From Octopus vulgaris (Eukaryota): a stretch of 64,000 nucleotides of DNA. Both the position numbers and the translations under genes were made by a program. How positions within the stretch are numbered: the stretch's first letter is position 1; the number at the start of each line of letters is the position of its first letter. The stretch is from NCBI GenBank assembly GCA_951406725.2, contig OX597817.1, positions 173,972,001 through 174,036,000 of the forward strand. The letters are read 5' to 3'. The notes beneath the pieces are model-generated. The model did no database searches and was not told the origin of the DNA. It saw only the letters and a list, made by a program, of their open reading frames with translations. Positions 9,990 through 22,760 of the stretch are shown piece by piece.

Positions 9990-12600
9990 ATCAATATAAT
10001 TGACATTCATTTAGAACATTTGAGGAACAAAAATTGTGGATGCATTGGAAATTCCATAGGGACACTGATCTGAGAGTAAGGCCTGGAGAAAACTGTTTAC
10101 TGTGGGATTTAGGAGGGGAGACTCAGAAGGGATGATAAGGGAAGTGAAACAAATGAGCCTGGATGACAGCTTTTTTGCTACTAGCTGTTTCAGAGGAGGA
10201 AAATAATGAGAAAAGAACATTACAGCTTGTCTACTAGTTGGTGTAGTATGTTGATGACTTTATTAACCCTTTCGTTACCAACCCGGCTGAAACCAGCTCT
10301 GGCTCTGTAGTCTTGTTTTCATAAGTTTTGAATTAAAATCTTCCACCAAATCTTAGTCACAATTTATGTTCCTAACACTAGCTGAATGACAACTAAGTTA
10401 CTTTACTAAATTCTTTGTCATATTTAAAGGGATTGAAAGAAACAGAGAGCATCTCAACAGAAATACAGTAACAAAAGGGTTAATGAGACAGATGATAAGG
10501 TCTTGGTTGTTTTTGTGTGTAGCAGCAACAACATTCTGGGTCTATGAGCAGTATACCAAAGTGTATAACTTTGTAGAAGTCAGCAACTAATGAGGGAGGT
10601 AATTTTGAAAGTACTATATATAAGTCATTATAAAAGATTCTGATGGATTCTACAAGATAAGACACCTTTCAATAAAACCATTTTTATAAAATAAGTTATG
10701 TCCTTTTATGTGAATGCTCTCTATATGTAAAGTTGTTACGGGAGATTTATCAAAGATTTTGAGGGCCTACATTTGTAAGTAATTGTCTATTGTTCATGAG
10801 TTCAGATGGAGAAATACAAGACTGTTTCCATGTTATGAACAGCAATTGCATCTTTATGTTGTTGAGGGAGATTCTTTTGTCATATCCCTAGGAAATGTTT
10901 TCAAGATCTCTATTCATGGAAGTCATGAAGGCTTTATTGCATAGTGTCTAGGTGTTGTGGAAGATTGCATGACAGCGATGGTGGTGTGCATAGAAATGAT
11001 GGAAAGTAGTTTGTTAATGTACATTGGGCAGATTATTTGTGATGTAGTTGAACTTTGGGGTATGCCAGAGCTATTAGAATACAGTTTGGAGAGGACCCCA
11101 TTGTTGCACAAAAGTAATGGAATGGTCTAGCAGAAAATAGTTGACTTGAGAGGTAAGAGAAGGATGTAGTTTGAGCATCTAAGCCTGGAGGCTCTGCTAG
11201 ACAGTTTCTAAGATTCTGATGTCAAGTGGAAAAGCTTTGCTTGCAACAGAGTTGTTAAGGGAAAGAGATCACAGTGAGTTAGGAGAGCAGATGCCTAGTA
11301 GAACTGGTTCTGTAGAAGCTACACTGATGATCCCTAAAAAAGGAGAATGACTTCAGTTGATTAAAGAAGTGATTGTTTATATCTGTTTCTCCTACCTCTG
11401 AAATACTAGGATGGGAAAGATTGGTTGGTTGTTAGCAAGGTCAGTGAGGTGATCTTCCCTGTGAATGGAGAATATACCTGTCTCTAAAGATTGGAATAGA
11501 TCCCTACAACGATAAAAAGATTGGCATCGATACAAGCTAATTCTGGAACATAGTTTGATGGTTAATAAAAGAGACACCACCTGGATCAGTGACCTTGTTA
11601 GTGTTGAGTATTTGAAAGAGTTATCACATTTAGCAACTGTATACTTGGTGAAGATTTTAGAAGGGTGGAGAAGGTGAGTTTGTGAGAAGTTTGCTGTGTC
11701 TGTGCATTGTTAAGTTCAAAATAAAGTCATCATTGAAAAGCCTTCACATCTGATGCCTGTTTGAGGAGTGCTTAGAATGAAAAACTGTAAAGTTGTTGGA
11801 GCCTTTCGTTGCAAGGGATTGGAAAGCTCTGTGATAATTGAGTAAGTGCCTAAGCTTTTGGGATGAAGAATTCATGGAGATGTTCTTCTGATTTTCTGAC
11901 AGTGGTCTTGCAGGCCTTGCATTGGTAAGTAAAAGCTTCTAAGTAGTAATAGGGATGCTGTAAGCCTCTAAGTAGTGATAGGGACTTGCGTTGTAGTCAA
12001 TGTTCTCAACTTGAAATGTTGCAGTGTAGCTATGGACAAAACACTTGTAGTATTTGGGGTTATAGGCTGTGGTTCTGTAAAGGATATGAAGGGACTTGCC
12101 TAAGATAATGGGCTTTATCAACCACTTACCTGTCATTTCACTTGAGTCAAAGCATGTAGCATGTTTGATGCTAGATATAGTCAGCATGAAGCCTGCTGGA
12201 GCATTGACTGAAAGTGTTTGAGAGAAGGAGTGTTGTGCTTTAGTAAAATATGAAGTATGTTCCTTGACAAGGCAGTTGTTGGATGAGCAATGTGTCCGGA
12301 TGTGACTAATAACCAGATATGTTTTGAATATCAATGTGCATCCATTAGCCAGAGGTGCAGTCAGTAAGGATAACTGTTGAGGAGAGTGAGAAGTTATTGA
12401 GACTGGTGAAGTGAGATAGATGTGTTCTCAAAGCAGAACAAAATATAGTTAAACAATTAGTGGTGGATGAAGTTCTTAGATCTATAAAGATACTTGAGGG
12501 ACTTAGAGCTACTTTAAACCAGGGTAGCTTGAATTCTTGGATGTTCATATGTAGATGAGTAGAGAGTATCCTATATATGTGAAGATACCATCAATGGAAT
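9990..12600 (-). mobile_element. Old CR1/Jockey-group LINE ORF2 remnant
   Basis: Minus ORF 10923-11111 NGVLSKLYSNSSGIPQSS...MYINKLLSII resembles RT motif SGVPQGSVLGP.LF..YINDL; strand-biased composition over about 2.6 kb; many stops. Clade assignment is tentative. Confidence 0.65.
10267..10479. mobile_element. piggyBac-like MITE (family A) inserted in the LINE
   Basis: TTAA on both sides (10263-10266, 10480-10483); TIRs CCCTTTCGTTAC / GTAACAAAAGGG match at 11 of 12 positions. Confidence 0.85.
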
Positions 12601-13384
12601 ATAATATGTAGCTTGGACCGTAGAAGTAAAAGATTAGAAAAGTTTCTGTCTTGGGAGGAATAAGATGTGTGGCTTGCATGATGCTTGGATGTTTAACCCA
12701 AGAACAGTCCTGATTAAGCAGACCTTAGATCAAAGACATTCCAATGAGGAACAATATTTTTCAAAATATTGCAACTTAGATTACATTGTCCAATGTGTTC
12801 TTCCTTTTCTCCCTTTTTTTAAGATGGCAGAATGGGATTTGAAGAGATTTTACCTGCTATTTTTAGCAAATTGTACAACTATATAGAGGCACACTTGTTA
12901 ACATTTAATGGTTATCTCAACTCTATAACCCCATTATCCCAGTTTCTATGGCATTGAAGTAACTGTGAGTACAACACTCACCACTGAACAGGGTACCAGA
13001 GTCCATCATGTGGGTAATACCTAGCTGCTGGTGTTACTCATTTTCAGCTAAATAGACTGGATTATCACAACAGGAAGTGCCTGGTTCAAGAGTCAAACTC
13101 ATGACCTTACGATTGCTAGCCCAACACCCTAACCACTTGGCCATTTGTCTTCACCTTTGTTGGCTCATGCATTCATTGCATATTAATAAAATGTTGCATA
13201 TGGGGTCCAGGTAGGACCAGAGTACAGGAGCATCAGTATTAAAGATAGACAATTGATGTAATCAATAAAGTATAGCTAGAAATAGGTACTGGGGTCAATT
13301 TGTTTGACTAAAACCCTTCAAACCATGGCCACAGTTCAATGACTGAATCAAGTAAAATATAAAAAATGTAGAAAATCCTGGATT

Positions 13385-13754
13385 ACTCTTTTACTTGTTT
13401 CAGTCATTTGACTGTGGCCATGCTGGAGCACCACCTTTAGTTGAGCAAATTGACGCCAGAACTTATTCTTTGTAAGTCTAGTACTTATTCTATTGGTCTC
13501 TTTTGCCGAACTGCTAAGTTATGGGGACGTAAACACACCAGCATCGATTGTCAAGTGATACTGGGAGGACAAACACTGACACACAAACATATATATATGC
13601 TTTTTTCAGTTTCCGTTTACCAAATCCATTCACAAGGCTTTGGTCAGACCGAGGCTATAGTAGAATACACTTGCCCAAGGTGCCACGCAGTGGGACTGAA
13701 CCCAGAACCATGTAGATGCAAAGCAAGCTCTTTAACCACAGTCATGCCAGCACC
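13385..13754 (-). mobile_element. SINE family A, near full length
   Basis: Homologous along its length to 57990-58415. Confidence 0.85.
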
Positions 13755-14233
13755 TAAATAATAATAATAATCCTTCTATAGGCACAAGGCCTGAAATTTT
13801 TAGGGTCGGGGGACTAGTCAATTATGCTGACCCCAGTGCTCAACTGGTATTTGTTTATCAACCCTGAAAGGATGAAATCCAAAGATGGCCTCTGCAGAAT
13901 TTTAATTCAGATTGTGTTAATAATAATGGAAAATGAAACTGCAGCTTGGAAAATTATTGCATTATGCTTATATTACAATATTAAAATTAAAGAATGAACA
14001 TTTTACTACTGAGATATTTTTCTTGTCTTATGATGACAATGACGAAGATGGTTGTGTCTTCAACTCATTAAATGAAGTTGGTAATAAGCTGTATATTTTA
14101 TTTTTGTTAGCTATTCAGAAACACACAAAGCTTCACTTAAACATTTATTTGTAATATGGTTTCAAAATTTTCATTGCTTGAAACTGCAATCTGTTCACTG
14201 ACAAAAGATTTTGCTGCATCTGAGATACAGCAA

Positions 14234-14612
14234 ACATCATCATCACTTAACATCTGCTTTCTGTGCTGGCATGGGTTAGATGGTAAGCCAGAGAGCTCTA
14301 CTAGGTTCCAGTCTGATTTGGCTGCATACTCTTCCTAATGCCAATCACTCCAAGAGTGTAGTGAGTGCCTTTTATATATCAGTGGCACAAGTGCCTTTTA
14401 CGTGTCCCCAGCACTGGCCACAGCTATGATTTCACTTGGCTTGACAAATCTTCTCAAGCACATCAAATCACCAAAAGTCTCGATCATTTGTCATCGCCTC
14501 CATGAGATCCAACATTCAAAGATCATGCTTCACCACCTCGTCCCATGTCTTCCTGGGTCTACCTCTTCCACAGGATCCTTCTACTGTTTGAGATTGGCAC
14601 TTCTTTATGCAG
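14234..14612 (-). mobile_element. RTE-LINE 3' end fragment
   Basis: (CAT)n start, shared RTE tail, then homology to the RTE C-terminal coding region at 23330-23510. Confidence 0.75.
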
Positions 14613-14867
14613 CATTATTTTTTGTCAGAATACTGGTCACAGTTTTAAGTGATGAAAATGTTGGTACCATACTGCAAGTAAATGTTTAAGTGAAGCTGAT
14701 GCTCTTCATGTGTTTCTGAATGGCCAACTTAGATTGTCCATGCTACAATTACTTTAGTTTCAACACACGATCTCAGATCAAAATGCTATGAGCAAGTACA
14801 TTCTGTAATTTATTTTATTTTTCTTATAGTAATTATGATTTTCATGATGTTCTTGCTACTATTTCAG

Positions 14868-14979
14868 AATAGAACATGGTTTTCAAGGTGTAATAAAACG
14901 ATGGCGTATGAAAGGCCTTCCAGCATCACACGGAGTTACCAAAGCTCATCGTCGTATTGGAAGCATTGGTGGTCGACCG
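14868..14979 (+). CDS. MRPL3: MRPL3 exon 7
   Basis: tttcag|A; [37 protein letters not shown] contains the L3 signature GFQGV.KRW..KG.PA.HG.TK.HRR.G; donor CCG|gtatgt. Confidence 0.97.
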
Positions 14980-15104
14980 GTATGTAGAATCATAATTCAA
15001 ATTTTGGTTTGTGAATCTGGAAGGATGTGTAACCATGTTGGTGATGGAGGTCTTGTTACAAATTTTGTGTGTAAGAAAAAAAAAAATGATTGTAAATGAC
15101 ACTC

Positions 15105-15325
15105 GTTAACATTCAGATTACTTTGTTGAATGTAATGTTTATTTATTGACATTGTTTTGAATTATTCATGCATTATCTTATAGCTTTCAGGTTTCAATGA
15201 TGTCATTGCTTATTTTCAAAATGGCAATGTTGGATAGGTGTGAGAGGCTGGATCTGACTGGTTTGAACATAAAACAGGAAAAATGTTTGGGCCAGATATG
15301 GTTGATTTAAATACTAAAAGGTTAA
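15105..15325. mobile_element. piggyBac-like MITE family B
   Basis: Shared core GGTGTGAGAGGC.GGATCTG...TTTGAACATAAAACAGG...TTTAAAT.CTAAA.GGTTAA. Other copies at about 19480-19664, 40830-41052, 42195-42420, 57930-58590, 61300-61810. Confidence 0.7.
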
Positions 15326-16289
15326 GCCATGAAATATATTAAACTGGGGGATATCAGAAAATATCATATGCAATAAAACTGCACTTTTGGCTTTATCATA
15401 GAAATTTCCTTTTGGTAAAGAATAGTAGCAGAGGGCCTTCCAGTGCTCTTTTCATTTGTACCTTGCTAACTGGGATCAGATTATACTTGCTCTTATAAAC
15501 TATATCTTTCACTGTGGTGTCTGTATAGCCAGATGAAGATAGCTATTCTGAACTGTTTTATCAGAGACACTATGTAGTGGTAGTGGTAGGATATGAACTT
15601 CTGACCTTTCAGTTGGTAGATTAGGTTTGTTGGGAATGGTACTCAAGAACCGTAATTAGCCAAGGAAAATGTAAAGAATAGTCATTATGTTTCTTAATTA
15701 CAAATAGTTACTTATAACATTTAACTCTGTCGTATCTTATTTGGTCAAAATAAGTTTCTTCGAATTATTTCAGTTCCTGCTGTTCGAGTAATGAAAAGCA
15801 ATTCAATAATTATTGATGTAAAAATATAGTACATTTCATCAGTTTGTTTTTTTTACTGTCCACTCTTCCATGTGTCAGTCAGAATGCACTGAGACCAATC
15901 ATCACCTGTTTCCAAGCAAGTTAATAATCTCCTAGTCTATCAAACAATGAGCAGCCAAGACAAATGATGCCATTGCACAAGTCTAAAAGCCGGGACACTG
16001 TCAGTATTGACAGTGAGGCTGTTGTTTACAGTCAGTGAACATATGAGAAGATGAGAGAAAATACAAATTCACATGCATCATTCAGTTTCTGTCTACCAGT
16101 TTTATTCACAAGACATTTTGGTTGACATGTGGCCATAGTTTAGAAACTAGCCAACAACTAAATTTCATGCAGTGGGATTGAACTTTTAACCACTTGGTTC
16201 TGAAGCAAACTTCTTAACCACACAGCCATGCCTTCACCTGTAATTGTTGATGATGCTATTTTCTTGAATTATATATATAATGCCTATGA

Positions 16290-16612
16290 AGGCGCATGGC
16301 TCAGTGGTTAGAGCGTCAAATTTACGATCATGAGGTTGTGAGTTCGAATCTCAAACCAGGCTGTGTGTTGTGTTCTTGAGCAAGACACTTTATTTCACTT
16401 TGCACCAGTTCACTCAGCTGTAGAAATGAGTTGCGACATCACTGGTGCCAAGCTGTATTGGCCCCTTTGCCTTTCCCTTGGATAACATCAGTGGTGTGGA
16501 GAGGGGAAGCCGGTGTGCATGGGTGACTGCTGGTTTTCCATAAACAACCTTTCCCGGACTTTTGCTTGGGAGGGTAACTTTCTCATGGTCAGTCGTGACC
16601 GAAGGGGATCTC
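16290..16612 (+). mobile_element. tRNA-derived SINE, family C
   Basis: A box TGGCTCAGTGG, B box GAGTTCGAATC, central TGTTCTTGAGCAAGACACTT domain; 3' part homologous to 20330-20440. Confidence 0.8.
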
Positions 16613-17640
16613 AACATATAATTCCCATTCATTAAGCAAATATTTGGAGTGCTGTTGTATTCCTCTTAGATGTTGCTACAGTGACCCTAATCAGCTTTGC
16701 TTGAACTGATGTATTGTTCAGAAATAGGCAATGATGTGCATGGCACGCCAGAGCAACTGGCAGGCCATGCACATGAAATAAGCCAGTCTCCTTTCACATT
16801 CACATAAACTTATTTACCTACCCACTCACTCTCTCCAATCCTCTTATATTCACCTTCCTGTAACTTGAGAGTATACCTTGGCATATCTTTACCATCATCA
16901 TCTCTTGTTTATAACTGGAGTAGCCAGGTATCTCCTCTACAAAAAGACACCTGTTCTTTTCCTCTATCATACTTAAGCCTCTCATCACCTGGCATTCAGC
17001 CATCTCCTTCACTACTACAGCCCCCTTAGTTGAGGGGTCTTGTCTTGCTAGTTACCTCACTATTGCCAGTGCCACATAAAATGCACCCAGGCGTTGCCAG
17101 TACCGCCAGACTGGCCCTCGTGCCGGTGGAACGTAAAGCACACTCTACACTCTCGGAGTGGTTGGCGTTAGGAAGGGCATCCAGCTGTAGAAACTCTGCC
17201 AGATCAGATTGGAGTCTGGTGCAGCCATCTGGTTCGCCAGACCTCAGTCAAATCGTCTAACCCATGCTAGCATGGAAAGCGGACGTTAAACGATATTGAT
17301 GATGATCCAGTTGTAGAAACTATGCCAAAGCAGATATTGGGGCTTGACTCTGTCCTCTGGCTTGCTAACTCCTGTTGAACCATCCAACTCGTGCCAGTAT
17401 GGAAAATGGATGTTAAATGATGAGGATGATTCTTGAAAATGACCTTACAATGCCTGATTATGTGTGGGGCAGTATGAAAGTCATAACATATTGTATTTGG
17501 GTCTTTGTTAACTTTATTCATATGTATACAATTTATTTTATTTCATCCGTTTTGTGAACATAGCATCATTAGTTACAGGTTTCCAATGGACAAATCACTG
17601 GTTCAGTGCATTTCTACTAATAGGTGCAAGCGTGGCTTCA

Positions 17641-17945
17641 TAGGTGCAGGCATGACTGTGTGGTAAGAAGTTTGCTTCCCAACCACATGGTTCCAGGTTC
17701 AGTCCCACTGCATGACACCTTAAACAAGTGTCTTCTACTATAGCCTTGGGCTAACCAAAGCCTTGTGAGTGGATTTGGTGGATGGAAACTGAAAGAAGCC
17801 CATTGTATATATCTGTGTGTGTATCTGTGTTTGTCTCCTACCACAGCTTGACAACAGGTGTTGGTGTGTTTATATCCCCATAACTTTGTGGTTTGGCAAA
17901 AAGAGACTGATAGAATAAGAACCAATCTTAAAATGAAAAACAAAT
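17641..17945 (+). mobile_element. SINE family A
   Basis: Intact head GCAGGCATGACTGTGTGGTAAGAAGTTTGCTTCCCAACCAC; 3' end truncated. Confidence 0.85.
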
Positions 17946-19231
17946 ACGTTTCTTGTTGTAGAAGTTTCTCACATTTTGGAAGAAAATGTTGGAGTGATCG
18001 GGGTGGAGCTGGAAAGAGATAATAATAGTGGTGATAAGATGTCAGGGTAGACTCTCAAGGTATGAGAAGTGAGTGGGGGACAGAAGAACCAGGAGTATGT
18101 GTGAGTAGGTTGCAGGAACGTATGAGAAAGCAAATGTTGGGGAATGGGTGAGGGGTGAATAAAATGAATGAAGAACATGTGTTTAGGTGTAAATGTAGTG
18201 TATGGTGCTTGAGAGGTGGTAGGGGAATGACTGATGATGCATGGAAGTGAAGAGCAGCAGAATGGTAATTATGACACAGTAGACAGGAGAAGGATGAGAG
18301 TTATATATGACATGTAGTTAGATAAGCTGCAAGATTGTGTATGTGGGATAGGAGAGATAGAGGTAGTTTGGTGGCTGAGGGCTTGTGTGATCAATGTTAA
18401 AAGAAATCAATTGTAGTTTCTTCATTCATTTTATGTCTGTTCTTCCAGTGGGCAGTGGAGGTTTCTTTCCACTGGTTTTCAAAAGCATATCACTACAGGA
18501 CATGTTGTTCACAGGGAATGTGAAAATAATATCACCATTTTGCTCAGATGTTGTCATGTGAAGACAAGGAATGTAAACATTCCTTTATATACCACGCTAT
18601 ACACACTCAATATGCTTTCGAACAGTTTGTCTACCAACTTCACTCACAAAACATGTCCACTTGTATCCATTTAATGTCATAGCTGTAATATTTCTTTCAA
18701 AAGACTGCTTTTTCTGCATTCCATTTGGTTGGTTTTTCTCACTAAAATCATGGTTGATATTTAAGTAAACAAAAAAAAAAAAAAAAAAGAAAGAAAATTT
18801 CATTTTCAGATTTTAAGAAGAAATAAGGAGATAATAAGTTAAGTGGGTTTTTTTTAACTAAAAATAAAACAACAGGAAGAGGAATGTTTTGTGGAATTCT
18901 CTATCCTGATATTTATTTTAATTCCTTATCAGAGTAACTAAGCAGAAATTTAAGCAAAAAAAAAAAAAATACTTGAATCTGTTTGAAACTTATCTTTCTT
19001 GGCTTAAACTCTTAAACACAAGAACTTCCTAAGTGTTGCTCTGATATGCAATATATTTCAAGAATCTAGTCAAGGACAGAGCTGAATAATTTAAGAAAGA
19101 TAATCTTCTTCAGCTATAAATTGTACAAGAAGAATTTCACTATCAGTTTGCTTTATACAGTTATTTATTTTTATTTCTATTTATTTTCAGCATTTCTATA
19201 AATGTCATCTGATGTGTTTTATTTATTTCAG

Positions 19232-19309
19232 GATCGTTCAGCTATTAAAAAAGGTAAAAAAATGCCTGGTCATATGGGAGGTGATTGGAGTACTCTGAGA
19301 GGTTTGAAA
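19232..19309 (+). CDS. MRPL3: MRPL3 exon 8
   Basis: tttcag|GAT; DRSAIKKGKKMPGHMGGDWSTLRGLK, L3 motif G.KMPGHMG; donor AAA|gtaagc. Confidence 0.97.
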
Positions 19310-19324
19310 GTAAGCACAGTTTCC

Positions 19325-19730
19325 TTAACCGTTTCATCATCATATTACCGTTGAAATACACTGCCTTTGTTTCAACTAATCTTTAAAATAATGAAGAATT
19401 TAGTAAAATATATTGTCATTATTTTGAACATAAATTAACATGAAATCTTTAATGAGGGTTTTAACTTAGGCCACTTTAACCTTAAGCATTACATTGTTTT
19501 GAATTGATCATGCATTATTTTGCAGTTTTGAGATTTAAATTATATAGTTGTTTATTATTAGAATAACATTGTAGGGTAGGTGTGAAAGGTCATATCTGGC
19601 CAGTTTGAACATAAAACAAGGAAGAATATTTGGGCTGGTTTTGGCCAGTTTAAATACTAAAGGGTTAAACAGGAAATTTGTATCATAAACCCAATGGTAG
19701 TTTTGGCTGGGTTAGTATCACCAGGGTTAG
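19325..19730. mobile_element. Nested MITEs: family B inserted at a TTAA inside family A
   Basis: Inner element is bounded by TTAA at 19476-19479 and 19665-19668; the outer halves match the family A MITE at 10267-10479 in reverse orientation. Confidence 0.7.
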
Positions 19731-19867
19731 TTAACTGATTGGTAACTTTAGTAAACATGGTCAATTGCTATGTAGACTAACTCAATTATTTAGTTTATGT
19801 AGAGAAGATACTGTAATGTTCAAAGTCTTGTATGTGACTTTAAACAGCATCTAGTAGTGGAGCCCTG

Positions 19868-20217
19868 GTTTGGGAGGTGCAAGGCTTTGAGGTGTGTGGA
19901 ACCACCTCTTAGCCTTTACTGTTCCCAGGTGTACTCTGACTTGTAGTAGTAGCAACTGTCAGATGGGGCTCATTAGCCTGGGATGGAGGGGGCAACACAT
20001 CTAGGGGAAGGAAAATCTTGATTTCAAACCTGTGTTGCCTTGTTTGGGAGGTGCAAGGCTTTGAGGTGTGTGGAACCACCTCTTAGCCTTTACTGTTCCC
20101 AGGTGTACTCTGACTTGTAGTAGTAGCAACTGTCAGATGGGGCTCATTAGCCTGGGATGGAGGGGGCAACACATCTAGGGGAAGGAAAATCTTGATTTCA
20201 AACCTGTGTTGCCTTGT
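19868..20217. repeat. Perfect 174-bp tandem duplication
   Basis: 19868-20041 is repeated at 20042-20215 with no visible mismatch; 2-bp GT junction microhomology. Confidence 0.95.
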
Positions 20218-20490
20218 GGTCATACCCAACCTTGAGAAAGACTTCCGGAGTGAACCCCGAGGAAAAAATCAGGAGCCAGAGCCCCTGAAGTGGTTTCATG
20301 TTGTCTACAACCTCATTCTGGCAACTCCTGCAATGATGCTGGTGCCAAACTGCACTGTCTTTTGGATCCATCATTGACATGGAAAGTGGGGACATACTGC
20401 ATGGGCAACAATCCATCTTCCATACCATACTGCCCAAGACTGGATCCTATTGAACACCCTATTCTGGGGAGATTGTTCCAGTAGGGCAAA
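19960..20490 (+). mobile_element. Probable RTE-clade LINE 5' UTR fragment
   Basis: GGGGAAGGAAAA.CT.GATTTCAAACCT...AACCCCGAGGAAAAAATC...CTGGCAACTCCTGC...GGTGCCAAACTG resembles RTE 5' UTRs as I recall them; not verified by search. Confidence 0.5.
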
Positions 20491-21119
20491 CAACTAGGAC
20501 CTTCATCTATAGATTATTATGATCAGAAAGAGGCCTCTAGATATGGCAAGTTCTTAGAAAGCCAAATGGAATTAAAAGTACTTATATTACGCATACTTTT
20601 CCCAAAATGAGATAAATTTGACAACTTTGGACTTAGTTTCTGTTAAAAATATCAAGTTTTATGTTAGATGGAATTCTTAGTTTCACTTTCTGAATGAAAG
20701 TACTTTTTACTTAGCATTTTACAACCCTGACTCACTGTTGTATAGAGGTGACCTTGTCGAGTGGAAGGTAAGTTATTTGAATACAAGCTCACATTATGTG
20801 TTCAGATCAGGCATTTTATTGTTTGAGAGGTAGGATGATTGTACTTACATTCCTAGGTTTCCCTTGCTGATCTGAATAGAAGTATGATAATTTTTAGGTG
20901 TCATGCCCACCTAGAGGGAGCAGCAAGATCTCACAGTGAAATTCAACTATAGAATAAGCAAATCCTATAAATTTCAATTTCTCTCTCTCTCTCATGCACA
21001 CACCACACACACACACACAGCCTACTTTAGTGAGTGAGAAAGAACTACTGAATATTCCTTCTAATCTTATCTTAAAGACCAGCTATCATCAGTAATTTAA
21101 TTTAGTCAAATTTAGTTTA

Positions 21120-21470
21120 TAATAAACACGTGAATCAGCAATGATCAAAATGATTATATTACATTTATATTTAATTCAATTGTGTACATGAAAATGTGGG
21201 AGACATTTGCTGCTAGCCTTGTCTTGAAGAAAAAAAATTTCTCCTTCTAGACTGTGTGTATAAAACATCAAGCTGGGCTCTGAATAACAGCAGACTGCCA
21301 GATACATGTTTTGGTGTGATTATACCTCTTCAGTAGTAGACACTGTTTCAGCTGTTCACAGCCCACTCAGAACTTCTATTCTTATGTGTTGCTGTGTGCT
21401 GAGGCTTTGTCAAGCTGTAATTAATTTATTATAAGCACACAAGAAGAAGCAATGATCAAAATAATGATAT
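21120..21470 (-). mobile_element. Small hammerhead-bearing element (Penelope pLTR or retrozyme-like), decayed
   Basis: Minus strand CTGAAGA-GGTAT-AATC-ACACC-AAAA-CATGTATC; unit flanked by direct repeat AGCAATGATCAAAAT at about 21137 and 21448. Confidence 0.5.
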
Positions 21471-22258
21471 GTATATATTTCTTTAACTTCCTTTACAATA
21501 ATAGAAATATCTACAGATATGAATTCTTTCATGTTATAATAAATTATCTACTTTTGCATAAAGCATTATTAGTGGCATTGCTGTCTCATGAAAAGTAGTC
21601 TTCGGGTCGATTTGCTTGTACATTTCTGGCAAAAACAACACTTTTACAGTATCTTAATGCTGTCCTTTCAATGTATTTCTCTGTTATCTTTTACTTGAAT
21701 CGTGGCCATGCTGGGGTACTACCATGAAGTGTTTATTTAAGCAAATCAATTCCAGTACTTATTTTTTAAAGTCTGGAAATTTATTTCCTTTTGTCAAACC
21801 ATTTAGTTATGGGGAGTGTAAACAAACCAACACCAGTTGTCAAGCAATGTAGGCAGGACAAATACACACACATACATTTACACAAGTTCCCATATATTTT
21901 CTATCTAAGAAATTCACTCACAAGTCATTGGTCAACCCAGGGATATAAGAGAAAACACTTGCCCAGTGTGCAGTGGGATTGGACTTGAAACTAGATGGTT
22001 GCAAAGTCAGCTTCTTAACCACATTACCATGCTTGCACCTCTCCCTAGGTGCTTTTACTTAAAACCATTTTTATTTATTTATCTATCTGTCTAAATAATG
22101 AAGAAAGCATTAGTTAAAATTATCATTGTAACTAACTCAAAATAAATTATATGAGAAAGAAATTCATAAATAAAAATGGAATGAAAATATATATTATATT
22201 GAGAAGTATCATCAATGTTGCAACATCCTACTTTCTTTTTCTTTTTACTTATCTACAG

Positions 22259-22501
22259 ATTTGGCGGATAAATACAAAATACAATGTTTTGTATGTAAAC
22301 GGAAAAAACATCCCAGGACGCATTCATTCCTTCATCAGAATCACAGACACAAAATTGCCTCACAAAGAATCGCCTGATAATCCACCCCATATGCCAACAT
22401 GTTTTGTTGAGGACCAACCTGAAAATCTACCTGAAAATCTCTATGCTGATGATTTGTTTCAATTCACAGAACCATCTTTAACTTTTCCTGATGAATCATA
22501 G
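22259..22501 (+). CDS. MRPL3: MRPL3 exon 9 (last coding exon)
   Basis: Pyrimidine tract + ctacag|ATT; IWRINTKYNVLYVNGKNIPGRIHSFIRITDTKLP...FQFTEPSLTFPDES then TAG. Nine exons sum to 1122 nt = 373 aa plus stop. Confidence 0.97.
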   Translation: MWRINTKYNVLYVNGKNIPGRIHSFIRITDTKLPHKESPDNPPHMPTCFVEDQPENLPENLYADDLFQFTEPSLTFPDES

Positions 22502-22528
22502 ACAAGATGAAAGTGTTAGAAAAAAGAG

Positions 22529-22534
22529 AATAAA
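22529..22534 (+). terminator. Probable MRPL3 polyadenylation signal
   Basis: AATAAA 28 nt after the stop codon, followed by T-rich sequence. Confidence 0.55.
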
Positions 22535-22760
22535 ATTTTAGTTCGTTATTTTATCTTTTAGTTGTTTCACTCATTTGACTGTGGCTATGCTGGGGTACCT
22601 CCTCGAAGGGTTTTAGTTGAACAAATCAACCTCAGGATTTTTTATGTCTAGTATTTATTCTATCAGTCTCTTTTGCCAAATTGCTAAGTTACAGGGACGT
22701 AAACACACCAACATTGATTGCCAAGCAGTAGTGAGGGACAGACACAATCACACACACATA

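Noticed and set aside
16290-16360. tRNA-like sequences with A and B boxes (also at 7075-7145 and 2715-2786)
   Set aside because: No complete cloverleaf or acceptor stem, and each runs into a SINE body, so they are SINE heads, not tRNA genes.
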